Part shown: in pieces, positions 1 to 8,250 of the stretch
Layout: the number at the start of each line of letters is the position of its first letter
Numbering within the stretch: the stretch's first letter is position 1
DNA from: an uncultured delta proteobacterium
GTDB lineage: Bacteria; Desulfobacterota; Binatia; UBA9968
NCBI GenBank assembly: GCA_963737905.1
Contig: CAVTUQ010000015.1
Coordinates: forward strand, 1 to 64,000
Length of the DNA stretch: 64,000 nucleotides
Direction of reading: 5' to 3'
Made by a program: the position numbers and the translations under genes
Notes under the pieces: generated by a model
What the model saw: the letters and a program-made list of their open reading frames with translations, nothing else
Told to the model about the DNA's origin: nothing
Databases searched by the model: none

Positions 1-54
1 TTATGGTCAGGCCGCAAAGGACTCCGTATCGATAACTGCGGCGAATTGGAAAAC

Positions 55-738
55 TCAAGCGCAGAGTTTTTGCAGCAAAGACAGGTCGACTTCCTCCAGG
101 CTCTTTACAACCGCGTTAGCTTCCTGCAATAGCTCCGGCGGGTGAGAATTGCTTACCGCGAGGCATTTCATTCCGGCCCGGAGGGCACCGCGGATTCCTT
201 CCTTCGAATCCTCAATGACGACGACAATCAGCGGCATCGATAGGGCCGCGATTGCCAACTTGCGTATTGAGACGTCCGAGAGTCTTAAGAAAGATTTCCG
301 GTTCGGGTTTCCGTGATTTACGTCTTCGGCGCTTATGATCACCGTGAAATGGTTTAATAAACCGGCGGTGGAGAGAATCGTGTCAATCTCTTGTCTTAAA
401 GCCCCAGAAGCGACCGCCAGCGGGAGCACCGGCACAAGCGTGGTGACCAATTTTTCGACGCCCGGGAAAATCCTCACCTTGTTTCGAATCTCGCTCTGAT
501 AATAAGCTGCTTTACGATCAATTAGCCCAGCCAGCAGTTTTTCATCGAGTGATCGCCCGTGTTCTCCATAGGCGGCGGTGAAGGCCCCCCGGTCATCGAA
601 ACCGAGGTAGCGGGCATAGTAGTCTGCCTCGGTCAAATCGATTCCCTCCTCGCCGAGCACGCGCCGAAATAGCTCAAAATGGATGGGCTCGTCGTCGACA
701 ATGATGCCGTTGAAGTCGAAAATAATCGCTCGAAGCAT
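55..738 (-). CDS. HAD-superfamily phosphatase (beta-phosphoglucomutase-like)
   Basis: IIFDFNG motif I, VAS motif II, IEDS..GI motif IV. The expected GKPEPEIF segment is in another frame between compensating indels at ~310 and ~225. Confidence 0.85.
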   Translation of the reverse strand: MLRAIIFDFNGIIVDDEPIHFELFRRVLGEEGIDLTEADYYARYLGFDDRGAFTAAYGEHGRSLDEKLLAGLIDRKAAYYQSEIRNKVRIFPGVEKLVTTLVPVLPLAVASGALRQEIDTILSTAGLLNHFTVIISAEDVNHGNPNRKSFLRLSDVSIRKLAIAALSMPLIVVVIEDSKEGIRGALRAGMKCLAVSNSHPPELLQEANAVVKSLEEVDLSLLQKLCA

Positions 739-797
739 GCTTCACGATTACAGAAATCATCTTTCGTTTCAACGGAAGATGCGGTAGAAGAAGAGGC

Positions 798-1337
798 ATG
801 GCAGCAGAAGAACCTCATCACCACACTCATGGCCATATCGAATATCGCTTTTGCCCGCGCTGCGGGGGCGATCTGGAAAAGCGTGTTGTAAAAGCGACGG
901 AGCCCAGGCGGCTTGTCTGCTTAAACTGTTCGTTTATCTTCTATCAGGATCCTAAGGTGGTGGCCGGAACTATATTCGCTTTAGATGGAGGAATAGTCCT
1001 GTTGAAGCGAGACGTAGAGCCCGCAATGGGGAAGTGGGTCTTTCCGGGAGGGTATGTAGACCGTGGCGAAAGCGTTCAGGAAGCCGCGATTCGTGAGACA
1101 AAGGAAGAATCTCGTCTGGACGTAAAGCTAGGGCCGCTCCTCAACGTTTATTCGTACCCGGGCTCTCCTAATATAATCGTCGTTTACGCCGCGCAGGTGG
1201 TAGGCGGGGATTTGGCAGCGGGCGATGAATCCATCGAAGCGAAGGTTTTTACACCGACGGAAATTCCCTGGAACGATCTCGCATTCGATAGCACGAAAGA
1301 TGCCCTGAACGATTACATCAGGCTTTACCTGAAGTAG
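798..1337 (+). CDS. NUDIX hydrolase with N-terminal zinc ribbon
   Basis: FCPRCG...CLNC plus Nudix box GGYVDRGESVQEAAIRETKEE. Confidence 0.9.
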   Translation: MAAEEPHHHTHGHIEYRFCPRCGGDLEKRVVKATEPRRLVCLNCSFIFYQDPKVVAGTIFALDGGIVLLKRDVEPAMGKWVFPGGYVDRGESVQEAAIRETKEESRLDVKLGPLLNVYSYPGSPNIIVVYAAQVVGGDLAAGDESIEAKVFTPTEIPWNDLAFDSTKDALNDYIRLYLK

Positions 1338-1361
1338 AGAATGGGGTAATAGAGTGCTGAT

Positions 1362-1395
1362 TGATGGAGTACGGCTTCAACCCAATACTCCATCA
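1362..1395. repeat. Intergenic palindrome TGATGGAGTA/TACTCCATCA
   Basis: Perfect 10-bp inverted repeat 1362-1371 / 1386-1395 with degenerate related flanks. Confidence 0.6.
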
Positions 1396-1420
1396 CTCCA
1401 ATCTTGTTTAGGAGGTTTTT

Positions 1421-1888
1421 ATGACGATGCCAACTGTGGGGACGAAAGCTCCGGAGTTTACCCTACCCGTTTCGCGCGAGCAAAATGTTTCCTTGAAGGA
1501 TTACCACGGCAAGAAGAACGTTGTCCTGGCATTTTATCCGCTCGACTTCACTGGCGGCTGAGAGAGGGAGCTGAGCGGCCTCGAAAAAGATCGGAAAGAA
1601 TTCGAGGCCCGCAATGCTCAGGTCTTGAGCATCAGTGTTGACTCGCCATTTTCACACAAAGCTTTTGCCGAAAAGATGGGTGGTATCAATTTTCCGATGC
1701 TGTCGGATTTTTGGCCCCACGGGGCCGTTTGCCAGCTTTACGATTGCCTCCGGCCCCAAGGGATGCCAAAGCGAGCCGTCTTCATCATCGACCAGCAAGG
1801 CATGATTCGCTTTGCGAAAGAATACGATAAGGGCATCCCAGAAAACGCCGAGCTATTGGCGGAACTCGACAAGATCAAGCAAGGCTAA
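1421..1888 (+). CDS. Selenocysteine-containing peroxiredoxin (AhpE/AhpC-TSA family), 155 aa
   Basis: RBS GGAGG, ATG 1421, [15 protein letters not shown]...[16 protein letters not shown](1559-1561)-ERELSG...[12 protein letters not shown]. The TGA is at the peroxidatic Cys of PxxxTxxC and in frame with ORF 1625-1888. Confidence 0.9.
1571..1621 (+). promoter_or_regulatory. Putative bacterial SECIS hairpin
   Basis: CTGAGC/GCTCAG and GGCCTCGAA/TTCGAGGCC stems starting 10 nt after the TGA, with GG in the apical loop. Confidence 0.7.
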
Positions 1889-1915
1889 TCAGAACACTGC
1901 TGAAGAAAATATATA

Positions 1916-1949
1916 AAAGGCCCGCTACCGGATCCGATAGCGAGCCTTT
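1916..1949. terminator. Probable bidirectional intrinsic terminator
   Basis: AAAGGC-C-CGCTA ... TAGCG-A-GCCTTT hairpin between convergent genes. Confidence 0.55.
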
Positions 1950-1969
1950 AAATCTTGAAAACGACGCTT

Positions 1970-2275
1970 CTAGACGTCGACCAGTACGTCGTCTTCTTCG
2001 ACTTTGACCTCGTATTTTTGTGTTGGTAAGTCGGGAACAAGTTCGTTGGCGCCAGTAGTCACGTCGTAACGCCAACCGTGCCATGGGCAGATTACGGTCT
2101 TGCCGTCCAGCTCGCCTTCGCCCAAAGGGCCGCCGCGATGGGCGCAGGTATCGTTGATCGCGTAAAAGCTGCCGTCCACGTTAAAAACCGCAACGAATTT
2201 GCCGTCAATATCGATGCTCTTGCCGCAGCCCGCCTTCACGTCGCTGGTCTTACAAACTTTTACGAAGTTAGCCAT
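1970..2275 (-). CDS. Rieske [2Fe-2S] ferredoxin
   Basis: CAHRGGPL...CPWHG Rieske motifs. Confidence 0.9.
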   Translation of the reverse strand: MANFVKVCKTSDVKAGCGKSIDIDGKFVAVFNVDGSFYAINDTCAHRGGPLGEGELDGKTVICPWHGWRYDVTTGANELVPDLPTQKYEVKVEEDDVLVDV

Positions 2276-2338
2276 TCTCTGGGTTCCTTTCTTAGCCGTT
2301 ACAAATTTCTGATTACTATACGTACTTGAGGGTGGGAT

Positions 2339-3452
2339 TCAAGAGGAAGAAACCGTCTCCTCTTGGATACACACAAACGGCAGGCTGGTGACCTTTGCAC
2401 CGACCAAGATTCCGTTGTGGTTGACGGTAAGACTCGTATCCGGGTTCCAATAGTCTTTGTTCACATAACCGAGTGCGATGGGTTTGCCCAGAGCTAGCGA
2501 ATGGACGGAGCTAGTAATCGTCCCAACCGGTTTGTCGGCAAATACGATCACGTCTCTCGGACTCGCCAAGTCTTGACCTTCGAGGGATAAGCCCACGAGC
2601 TTCTTATTGACATGTCCTCGCGAGCGTATGCGCTCGACGACCTCTTGACCCAGGTAACAGCCTTTCGTAAAGCTCACGGCGTCATCGAGCCCCACTTCCA
2701 GAAGTAAATTGTCCTCTGTAAAGTCGACGCCATAACGCGGGATGCCGGCTTCGATGCGCAGGATATCTTGTGCTTCCTCCCCGACCCAAGCTGCGGAAAA
2801 CTGTTTGCCCGTTTCGGTCAGCCGCTGAGCGATGTTTGGAAAGTTCGCTATCGGCGCGATCAGATCAAACCCCGTTTCCCCTGTGTGGCTTGCGTAGACA
2901 ACACAAATAGCCGTCGCATCGATGTTGACCATGGCGTGCTGTAAAGAATGCCCCGGTAATTCAGCTTGGCCGACAAGTTTGCGGAGCAGAGCTTCAGATT
3001 GGGGACCCTGGACGGAAAGCGTCGCATACTCATTGGAGCGGTCGGCGATCTCGACTTCGTCCGCGACCAGATAATGATTGAGATGAGTCAGAATCTTTTC
3101 TTTCAAGGTGCTCGAAAAAATCCAAATAAAACGAGTTCATCGCGCAGAGAACCCGAACGTCAGCTATGACTTTCCCTTGCTGGGTCAAAAGGGTCGCGTA
3201 CTGTCCGGTGAATGGTTCTAGAGCCCGGAGGTCGTTGGACAGCATACCCTGGAGAAACGACAGACGGTCTGGCCCCGTTACCTGCAACAATCCGCGGTGG
3301 GAAAGATCCATCAAGCCGACAGCCGAGCGAACCGCTCCATATTCCGCAGCGGAGTTGCCAAAGTGAGCGGGTAGGAGCCAACCGTCCCGCTCTACAAACT
3401 CCGCGCCATTGGATTTGTGAAATGTCGACAAAATAGATTGCTTCACCATCAA
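2339..3452 (-). CDS. ygfZ: Folate-binding YgfZ/GcvT-family protein (frameshift ~3110)
   Basis: KGCYLGQE signature in ORF 2339-3106; GcvT-like N-terminus in ORF 3030-3452; shift near a T6 run. Confidence 0.8.
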
Positions 3453-3544
3453 ACAAATATACCGTCAACCGCGCCGGTTGACAATGTGATCTACCATCGC
3501 CTTAAATGGCTTTAACCATCTCCACGTTGGTCTTCAGGGTCACT

Positions 3545-4456
3545 ATGGCTAAACTAAAAGGCGATCTGGATCTGCACAAGCTCGAGGTGTTTTACTGGGT
3601 TGCGGAATTAAAAAGCTTCTCCGAAGCCGCGGATCGACTGGCATTGAAACAGCCAACGGTGAGTGCTCACATCCAAGAGCTGGAAAAAACACTCTCGGGT
3701 AAGCTGTTTTATCGGATTCCCGGCAAAGTTAGCCTGACTCCTTTGGGGCTACTTCTGCAGGCGAAAGCCAAAAACCTGTTGGCCTTCAAGAGGGAAACGG
3801 TGGCCGCGGTTGAACAATTTCACGGCACCCTCAGCGGTGAACTCTGGATCGGCGGAAGTAATATCCCCGGCGAATATCTTTTGCCACCCAAGCTCGGCAG
3901 ATTTATTAAGAAGTATCCTCGGGTAAAGCCGATACTTCGCATCGGCGATTCGGCGAGCATCGTTGAAGAGGTACTCGATGGCAAGGTAGAGATCGGATTT
4001 GTCGGCTTCAAGAATGCAGACGCCCGACTCTTTTTCGACAAGATTTGGCAAGACGAAATGGTGCTCACGGTTTCCAAGCACCACCCTTGGAGTCGTCGCA
4101 AGTTCGTTCAGTTGACCGACTTGCGCTCGCAAAACTTTATTTCCCGCGAACCGGGTTCGGGTACCCTGGATTCGTTTCGCCACCTGATGACAAGGAAGCA
4201 TCGATCCAAAGAGGATCTGCTTCATGTGGCCATGGAACTTGGCAGTACTGAAGCGGTGAAAGAAGCGCTGATTTCGGGATGTGGCGTTTCCATTTTGTCC
4301 CGCACCTCGATTAGCCGCGAATTGGCCGATGGCGTACTCGTAACTGTTGGCATTCACGGATTGAAGATGAAACGGAACTTCTACGAGGTTTGCTATAAGC
4401 AGCGACCCTTATCCCCGGTTGCGCAGGTTTTCCGCCGTTTCTTGAGAAACAAATAG
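3545..4456 (+). CDS. LysR-family regulator (CysL-like / selenium-metabolism-associated type)
   Basis: HTH SFSEAADRLALKQPTVSAHIQELE; GGSNIPGEYLLP, SREPGSGT, ELGSTEAVK motifs. Confidence 0.88.
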   Translation: MAKLKGDLDLHKLEVFYWVAELKSFSEAADRLALKQPTVSAHIQELEKTLSGKLFYRIPGKVSLTPLGLLLQAKAKNLLAFKRETVAAVEQFHGTLSGELWIGGSNIPGEYLLPPKLGRFIKKYPRVKPILRIGDSASIVEEVLDGKVEIGFVGFKNADARLFFDKIWQDEMVLTVSKHHPWSRRKFVQLTDLRSQNFISREPGSGTLDSFRHLMTRKHRSKEDLLHVAMELGSTEAVKEALISGCGVSILSRTSISRELADGVLVTVGIHGLKMKRNFYEVCYKQRPLSPVAQVFRRFLRNK

Positions 4457-4492
4457 CTCCTGTTTTGCCTAGTGAAACGGCCGCCTTCCCTC

Positions 4493-4529
4493 ATAGAAAA
4501 TAACTATTTTGTGAATAGTTAATAGAAAT
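4493..4529. promoter_or_regulatory. LysR-type operator ATAG-N7-CTAT-N7-ATAG-N7-AAAT
   Basis: ATAG 4493, CTAT 4504, ATAG 4515 with exact 7-nt spacers upstream of bcp-egtB. Confidence 0.7.
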
Positions 4530-4613
4530 ATTCGCCGAATCCTATTGATCGATTCTCCTAGGATGGTAGAAAAGAAGAGGACGAATGAATTAATAATCCA
4601 CGGAGGTGATGTT

Positions 4614-5081
4614 ATGAGTAATCTGGAAGGACAGAAGGCCCCGGCTTTTAATTTGGAAGGTAGTGACGGCAAAAAACATGCTCTCGCCGATTACGCTGGC
4701 AAAAACGTAGTGCTCTATTTTTATCCCAAAGACGATACCCCCGGCTGCACAAAAGAAGCCTGCGGATTTCGTGATTCCATCGAAACGGTAACCCAGGCCA
4801 ATGCCGTGGTTCTAGGAGTGAGCAGGGATAATATCGACTCGCACAATCAGTTTATTTCAAAGTTCAATTTGCCGTTTACCCTTCTATCTGACCCTCAAGT
4901 AGAGGTCATGAAGGCCTATGGCGCCTGGGGACCGCGGCAAAATGCCCAGGGCGAAACCGTTGAGGGTCCGATTCGCTCCACGGCGCTTATTGGACCCGAT
5001 GGCACCGTCAAGCGCCATTGGATTCCCGTGGCCAACGCCGAAGCTCATCCCGCGGAAGTTTTGGAGTCCTTGAAGAAATAA
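4614..5081 (+). CDS. bcp: Peroxiredoxin BCP/PrxQ
   Basis: YFYPKDDTPGCTKEAC; RBS GGAGGTG before ATG 4614. Confidence 0.92.
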   Translation: MSNLEGQKAPAFNLEGSDGKKHALADYAGKNVVLYFYPKDDTPGCTKEACGFRDSIETVTQANAVVLGVSRDNIDSHNQFISKFNLPFTLLSDPQVEVMKAYGAWGPRQNAQGETVEGPIRSTALIGPDGTVKRHWIPVANAEAHPAEVLESLKK

Positions 5082-5097
5082 CCAGGGCGGAGCACCA

Positions 5098-6456
5098 ATG
5101 AAGAGCGCGGCATCACGAGAATTCGACGAAATCAGAGCGCAATACGAAGCGCGTTACCTTTCGGCTTGGGCCAGAAGCGATGAGTTGTTCGGTCTGATTC
5201 GCGATGACCGGCTGTTGGCCAAGCCGATAGTGTGGCGCCATCCGTTCCTTTTCTACGTGGGTCACCTGCCAGCGTTTTCTTGGAATCAGATTTGCGGCAG
5301 CATCCTCAAATGGCCGTCGCCTGATCCACATTTCGACGACCTCTTTTGCCGAGGTATTGATCCGGATGTCGATACCGGTGAGTGTCACTGGCATCCGGAA
5401 GTTCCCGACGAATGGCCTACCTTGAAGCAAACGAAGGCCTATCGCGACCGAGTGCGCGGAGCAATTTTGGAATCCCTTGATGTGGTGCCGCGCGAATTCT
5501 CCAACGATGTCATGGCGCAGGGTGGAAGAGTGTTCGACATGGTGCTCGAGCACGAATATATGCACCAGGAGACGCTCCTGTATATGATGCAGGAGCTGCC
5601 GCTTGAGAAAAAGAAACGCCCGTCCCGGGCGCCGCATTATTTGTTTCAGGGGGCACCGATTTCACGGCCGATTCATATCCCGCGAGGGAACGCGTCGTTG
5701 GGCGCCCGATTCAACGAAATCGATTTCGGATGGGACAACGAATTCTCCGCAATCACCGTTGATGTGCCCGCCTTTACCATCGACTCATTACCGGTGACAA
5801 ACGGCGAGTTCTTCGAGTTCTTCGAGTCCGGCGGTTACGATAATGAGCGCTTTTGGAAGCCCGAGGATTGGAAGTGGAAGCAACTTGAAAACAAGCGACA
5901 TCCGAATTGTTGGGTGAAGCAGGATGACGAGTGGGTCTATCGGGCAATGTTCGATCATTTGCCGCTGTCGAAGGCGGTTAGTTGGCCGGTATATGTTAGC
6001 CTTGCCGAGGCTCGAGCCTTCGCGCGTTGGCGGGGCAAAAGACTACCGTCGGAAGCGGAGTTTCACCGTGCTGCTTTCTATGGCCCTGACGGAAGGGAGA
6101 GCTCTTATCCTTGGGGCGAAGCAGAACCGACGGCGCGCCACGGCAATTTCGATTTTGCTTCTTGGTCTCCGGTTCCGGTGGGATCGCATCCTGCAGGAGC
6201 CAGCCGGTGGGGAGTGGCGGAACTTATCGGCAACGGATGGGAGCTGACGGATACCCCATTTGCACCTTTCCCCGGCTTCGGCCCGTACATCACCAGCTAT
6301 CCGGACTACTCCAAAGATTTTTTCGACGGCAAGCATTTTGTCGTCAAAGGCGCCTCCTGGGCCACAGCTGCGGAATTGATTCGTCCGAGCTTTCGCAATT
6401 GGTATCAGGTTCATTATTCTTATGTGTTCGCGAAGTTTCGCTGCGTATCGAGTTAG
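5098..6456 (+). CDS. egtB: EgtB/Egt1-family non-heme iron sulfoxide synthase (DinB + FGE-sulfatase domains)
   Basis: RHPFLFYVGH, RGIDPDVD, HEYMHQETLLYM iron motif, RLPSEAE, DFFDGKH, SFRNWYQ. Confidence 0.85.
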   Translation: MKSAASREFDEIRAQYEARYLSAWARSDELFGLIRDDRLLAKPIVWRHPFLFYVGHLPAFSWNQICGSILKWPSPDPHFDDLFCRGIDPDVDTGECHWHPEVPDEWPTLKQTKAYRDRVRGAILESLDVVPREFSNDVMAQGGRVFDMVLEHEYMHQETLLYMMQELPLEKKKRPSRAPHYLFQGAPISRPIHIPRGNASLGARFNEIDFGWDNEFSAITVDVPAFTIDSLPVTNGEFFEFFESGGYDNERFWKPEDWKWKQLENKRHPNCWVKQDDEWVYRAMFDHLPLSKAVSWPVYVSLAEARAFARWRGKRLPSEAEFHRAAFYGPDGRESSYPWGEAEPTARHGNFDFASWSPVPVGSHPAGASRWGVAELIGNGWELTDTPFAPFPGFGPYITSYPDYSKDFFDGKHFVVKGASWATAAELIRPSFRNWYQVHYSYVFAKFRCVSS

Positions 6457-6483
6457 GCGTTCCTAATCGAAAGAGGGGATCTC

Positions 6484-6765
6484 ATGAAGGCGACCTGGGA
6501 AGATACGATCGTTGCCGAGTCCGATAAAACCGTTGTCGTAGAGGGCAATCACTATTTCCCGCCAGATTCGATCAAACGGGAATATTTTTCTCCGAGCAAC
6601 ACTCATACCACTTGTCCTTGGAAGGGCGTCGCAAGCTACTACCACGTCCAGATCGGCGATAGATCTAATCAGGATGCCGCCTGGTATTACCCCGAGCCGA
6701 AGGAAGCGGCTAAATCGATCAAAGATCATGTCGCCTTTTGGCGCGGCGTGAAAGTCTCCGAATAG
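6484..6765 (+). CDS. DUF427 family protein
   Basis: VVEGNHYFPP, TTCPWKGVASYY, AAWYYPEP. Confidence 0.9.
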   Translation: MKATWEDTIVAESDKTVVVEGNHYFPPDSIKREYFSPSNTHTTCPWKGVASYYHVQIGDRSNQDAAWYYPEPKEAAKSIKDHVAFWRGVKVSE

Positions 6766-6785
6766 CTCTCCCACCATCCAATACC

Positions 6786-7580
6786 GTGTTGAAGCTCGCC
6801 TCGTGCATGGCGGAAAACGGCGAGGCTTTTTGCCAAAACGTCGCCGCTTACATTCACACCCGACTGGGAATCGAAACCGTCTACGTTAACGATATTCCTT
6901 GGCAAGAGCGCGAACGGCTTTTCGACGAAGGCGATATTCAAATCCTTTGGCTCTGCGGACTTCCATACGTTCACAAAGCCGATCTGCGAGAGAGCGCCCC
7001 GGAGCTACTCGCTGTTCCGGTTCCGGCGGGCCCTCGGTATTGCGGGAAGCCGGTATATTTCTCCGACGTCATCGTAAGAGAAGAGAGTCCCTTTCGAAGT
7101 TTTGAGGAACTGCGTGGAGCGGTGTGGGCTTACAACGAACCTCGGTCGCACTCTGGCTACAACGTCGTTCGAGCCTATCTATCCGGACTGGGTGAAATTC
7201 GAGGCTTCTTTGGAGAGGTCGTGGAGTCGGGTGCTCATGCGTTGTCTTTGAGGATGATTCTCGCTTCTCAAGTCGACGGCGCTGCCATCGACAGTACGGT
7301 CTTGGAGTGGGCCATTGCGAAAAGACCAGAGGTAAGTGAACAGATCCGTGTCATCGCAACATTGGGCCCCAGCCCGATTCCTCCCTGGGTGATATCGAGA
7401 AGAGTTTCGGTTAGCTTGCGCAGTGCGTTGCGCGCGTTGCTCCTTTCGATGCAGTCTGACCCGCGCGGCAGGGGTATACTCGCCCAGGCCAACCTCGACC
7501 GCTTCGTGGAAGCGCAAGACCACGACTACGACCCGATTCGCATTATGGCCAGAAAAGCCGAGCAAGTTTCGCTTGCCTAG
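6786..7580 (+). CDS. PhnD/SsuA-family substrate-binding-fold protein
   Basis: LCGLPY, YNEPRSHSGY, DGAAIDS, GPSPIPP motifs; start uncertain. Confidence 0.8.
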   Translation: MLKLASCMAENGEAFCQNVAAYIHTRLGIETVYVNDIPWQERERLFDEGDIQILWLCGLPYVHKADLRESAPELLAVPVPAGPRYCGKPVYFSDVIVREESPFRSFEELRGAVWAYNEPRSHSGYNVVRAYLSGLGEIRGFFGEVVESGAHALSLRMILASQVDGAAIDSTVLEWAIAKRPEVSEQIRVIATLGPSPIPPWVISRRVSVSLRSALRALLLSMQSDPRGRGILAQANLDRFVEAQDHDYDPIRIMARKAEQVSLA

Positions 7581-7649
7581 CTTGTTGTGCTACATCATTG
7601 ACATTAGGCAAGTCATGTACGGCTGAACAACTAAAGGAGGAATCGCTCG

Positions 7650-8123
7650 ATGGCAAATCTGGAGGGAAAGAAAGCCCCAGCCTTCAACCTTGAGGGCAAT
7701 GACGGCAAGAAGCATTCGCTGGAGGATTACCAAGGAAAAACGGTGGTGCTATATTTTTATCCGAGGGACGATACACCGGGATGCACGAAGGAAGCCTGCG
7801 GCTTTCGCGACCTGGGGGCGGCCTTGAAAAAAAGCAATGCGGTTGTATTAGGCGTAAGCAAGGACGGCATCGAGTCGCACAAGAAATTTGCGGCCAAATA
7901 CAAATTACCGTTTACTCTCTTGTCCGATCCGAATATCGAGGTGATGAAGAAATATGGGGCGTTTGGCAAGAAACTGATGTACGGCAAGACCGTGGAAGGT
8001 ACGATCCGTTCCACGGTGGTCATCGGCCCCAAAGGGGATATCATCAAACACTGGCCGACCGTAAAGAAAGCTGAAGCCCATCCGGAAGAAGTCTTAAGCT
8101 TCCTAAAAACCAAATCAGAGTAA
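7650..8123 (+). CDS. bcp: Peroxiredoxin BCP/PrxQ (second paralog)
   Basis: YFYPRDDTPGCTKEAC; RBS AGGAGG. Confidence 0.92.
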   Translation: MANLEGKKAPAFNLEGNDGKKHSLEDYQGKTVVLYFYPRDDTPGCTKEACGFRDLGAALKKSNAVVLGVSKDGIESHKKFAAKYKLPFTLLSDPNIEVMKKYGAFGKKLMYGKTVEGTIRSTVVIGPKGDIIKHWPTVKKAEAHPEEVLSFLKTKSE

Positions 8124-8250
8124 TTGTTCCACGCTAGAGCTGAGAGAAGCGACCGGCCGCTCGCTGGTTCTTTATGGTATGAAATTGACTCGCAACGTGA
8201 GTTGTTATAAGCATCATTGAGGAATCCTATAAGCTGAAGAGGGAGGGGCT

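Noticed and set aside
1354-1641. 95-aa ORF in the track
   Set aside because: Out-of-frame shadow of the Sec-peroxiredoxin
3100-3125. Programmed ribosomal frameshifting in ygfZ and other split genes
   Set aside because: No consistent slippery site or stimulator, and many unrelated genes are affected
3545-4456. OxyR
   Set aside because: Lacks the GHC..DQ...C redox cysteine pair
5098-6456. Selenoneine synthase SenA
   Set aside because: No senB glycosyltransferase or senC/selD neighbours, and motifs look Egt1-like; Se use remains only a hypothesis
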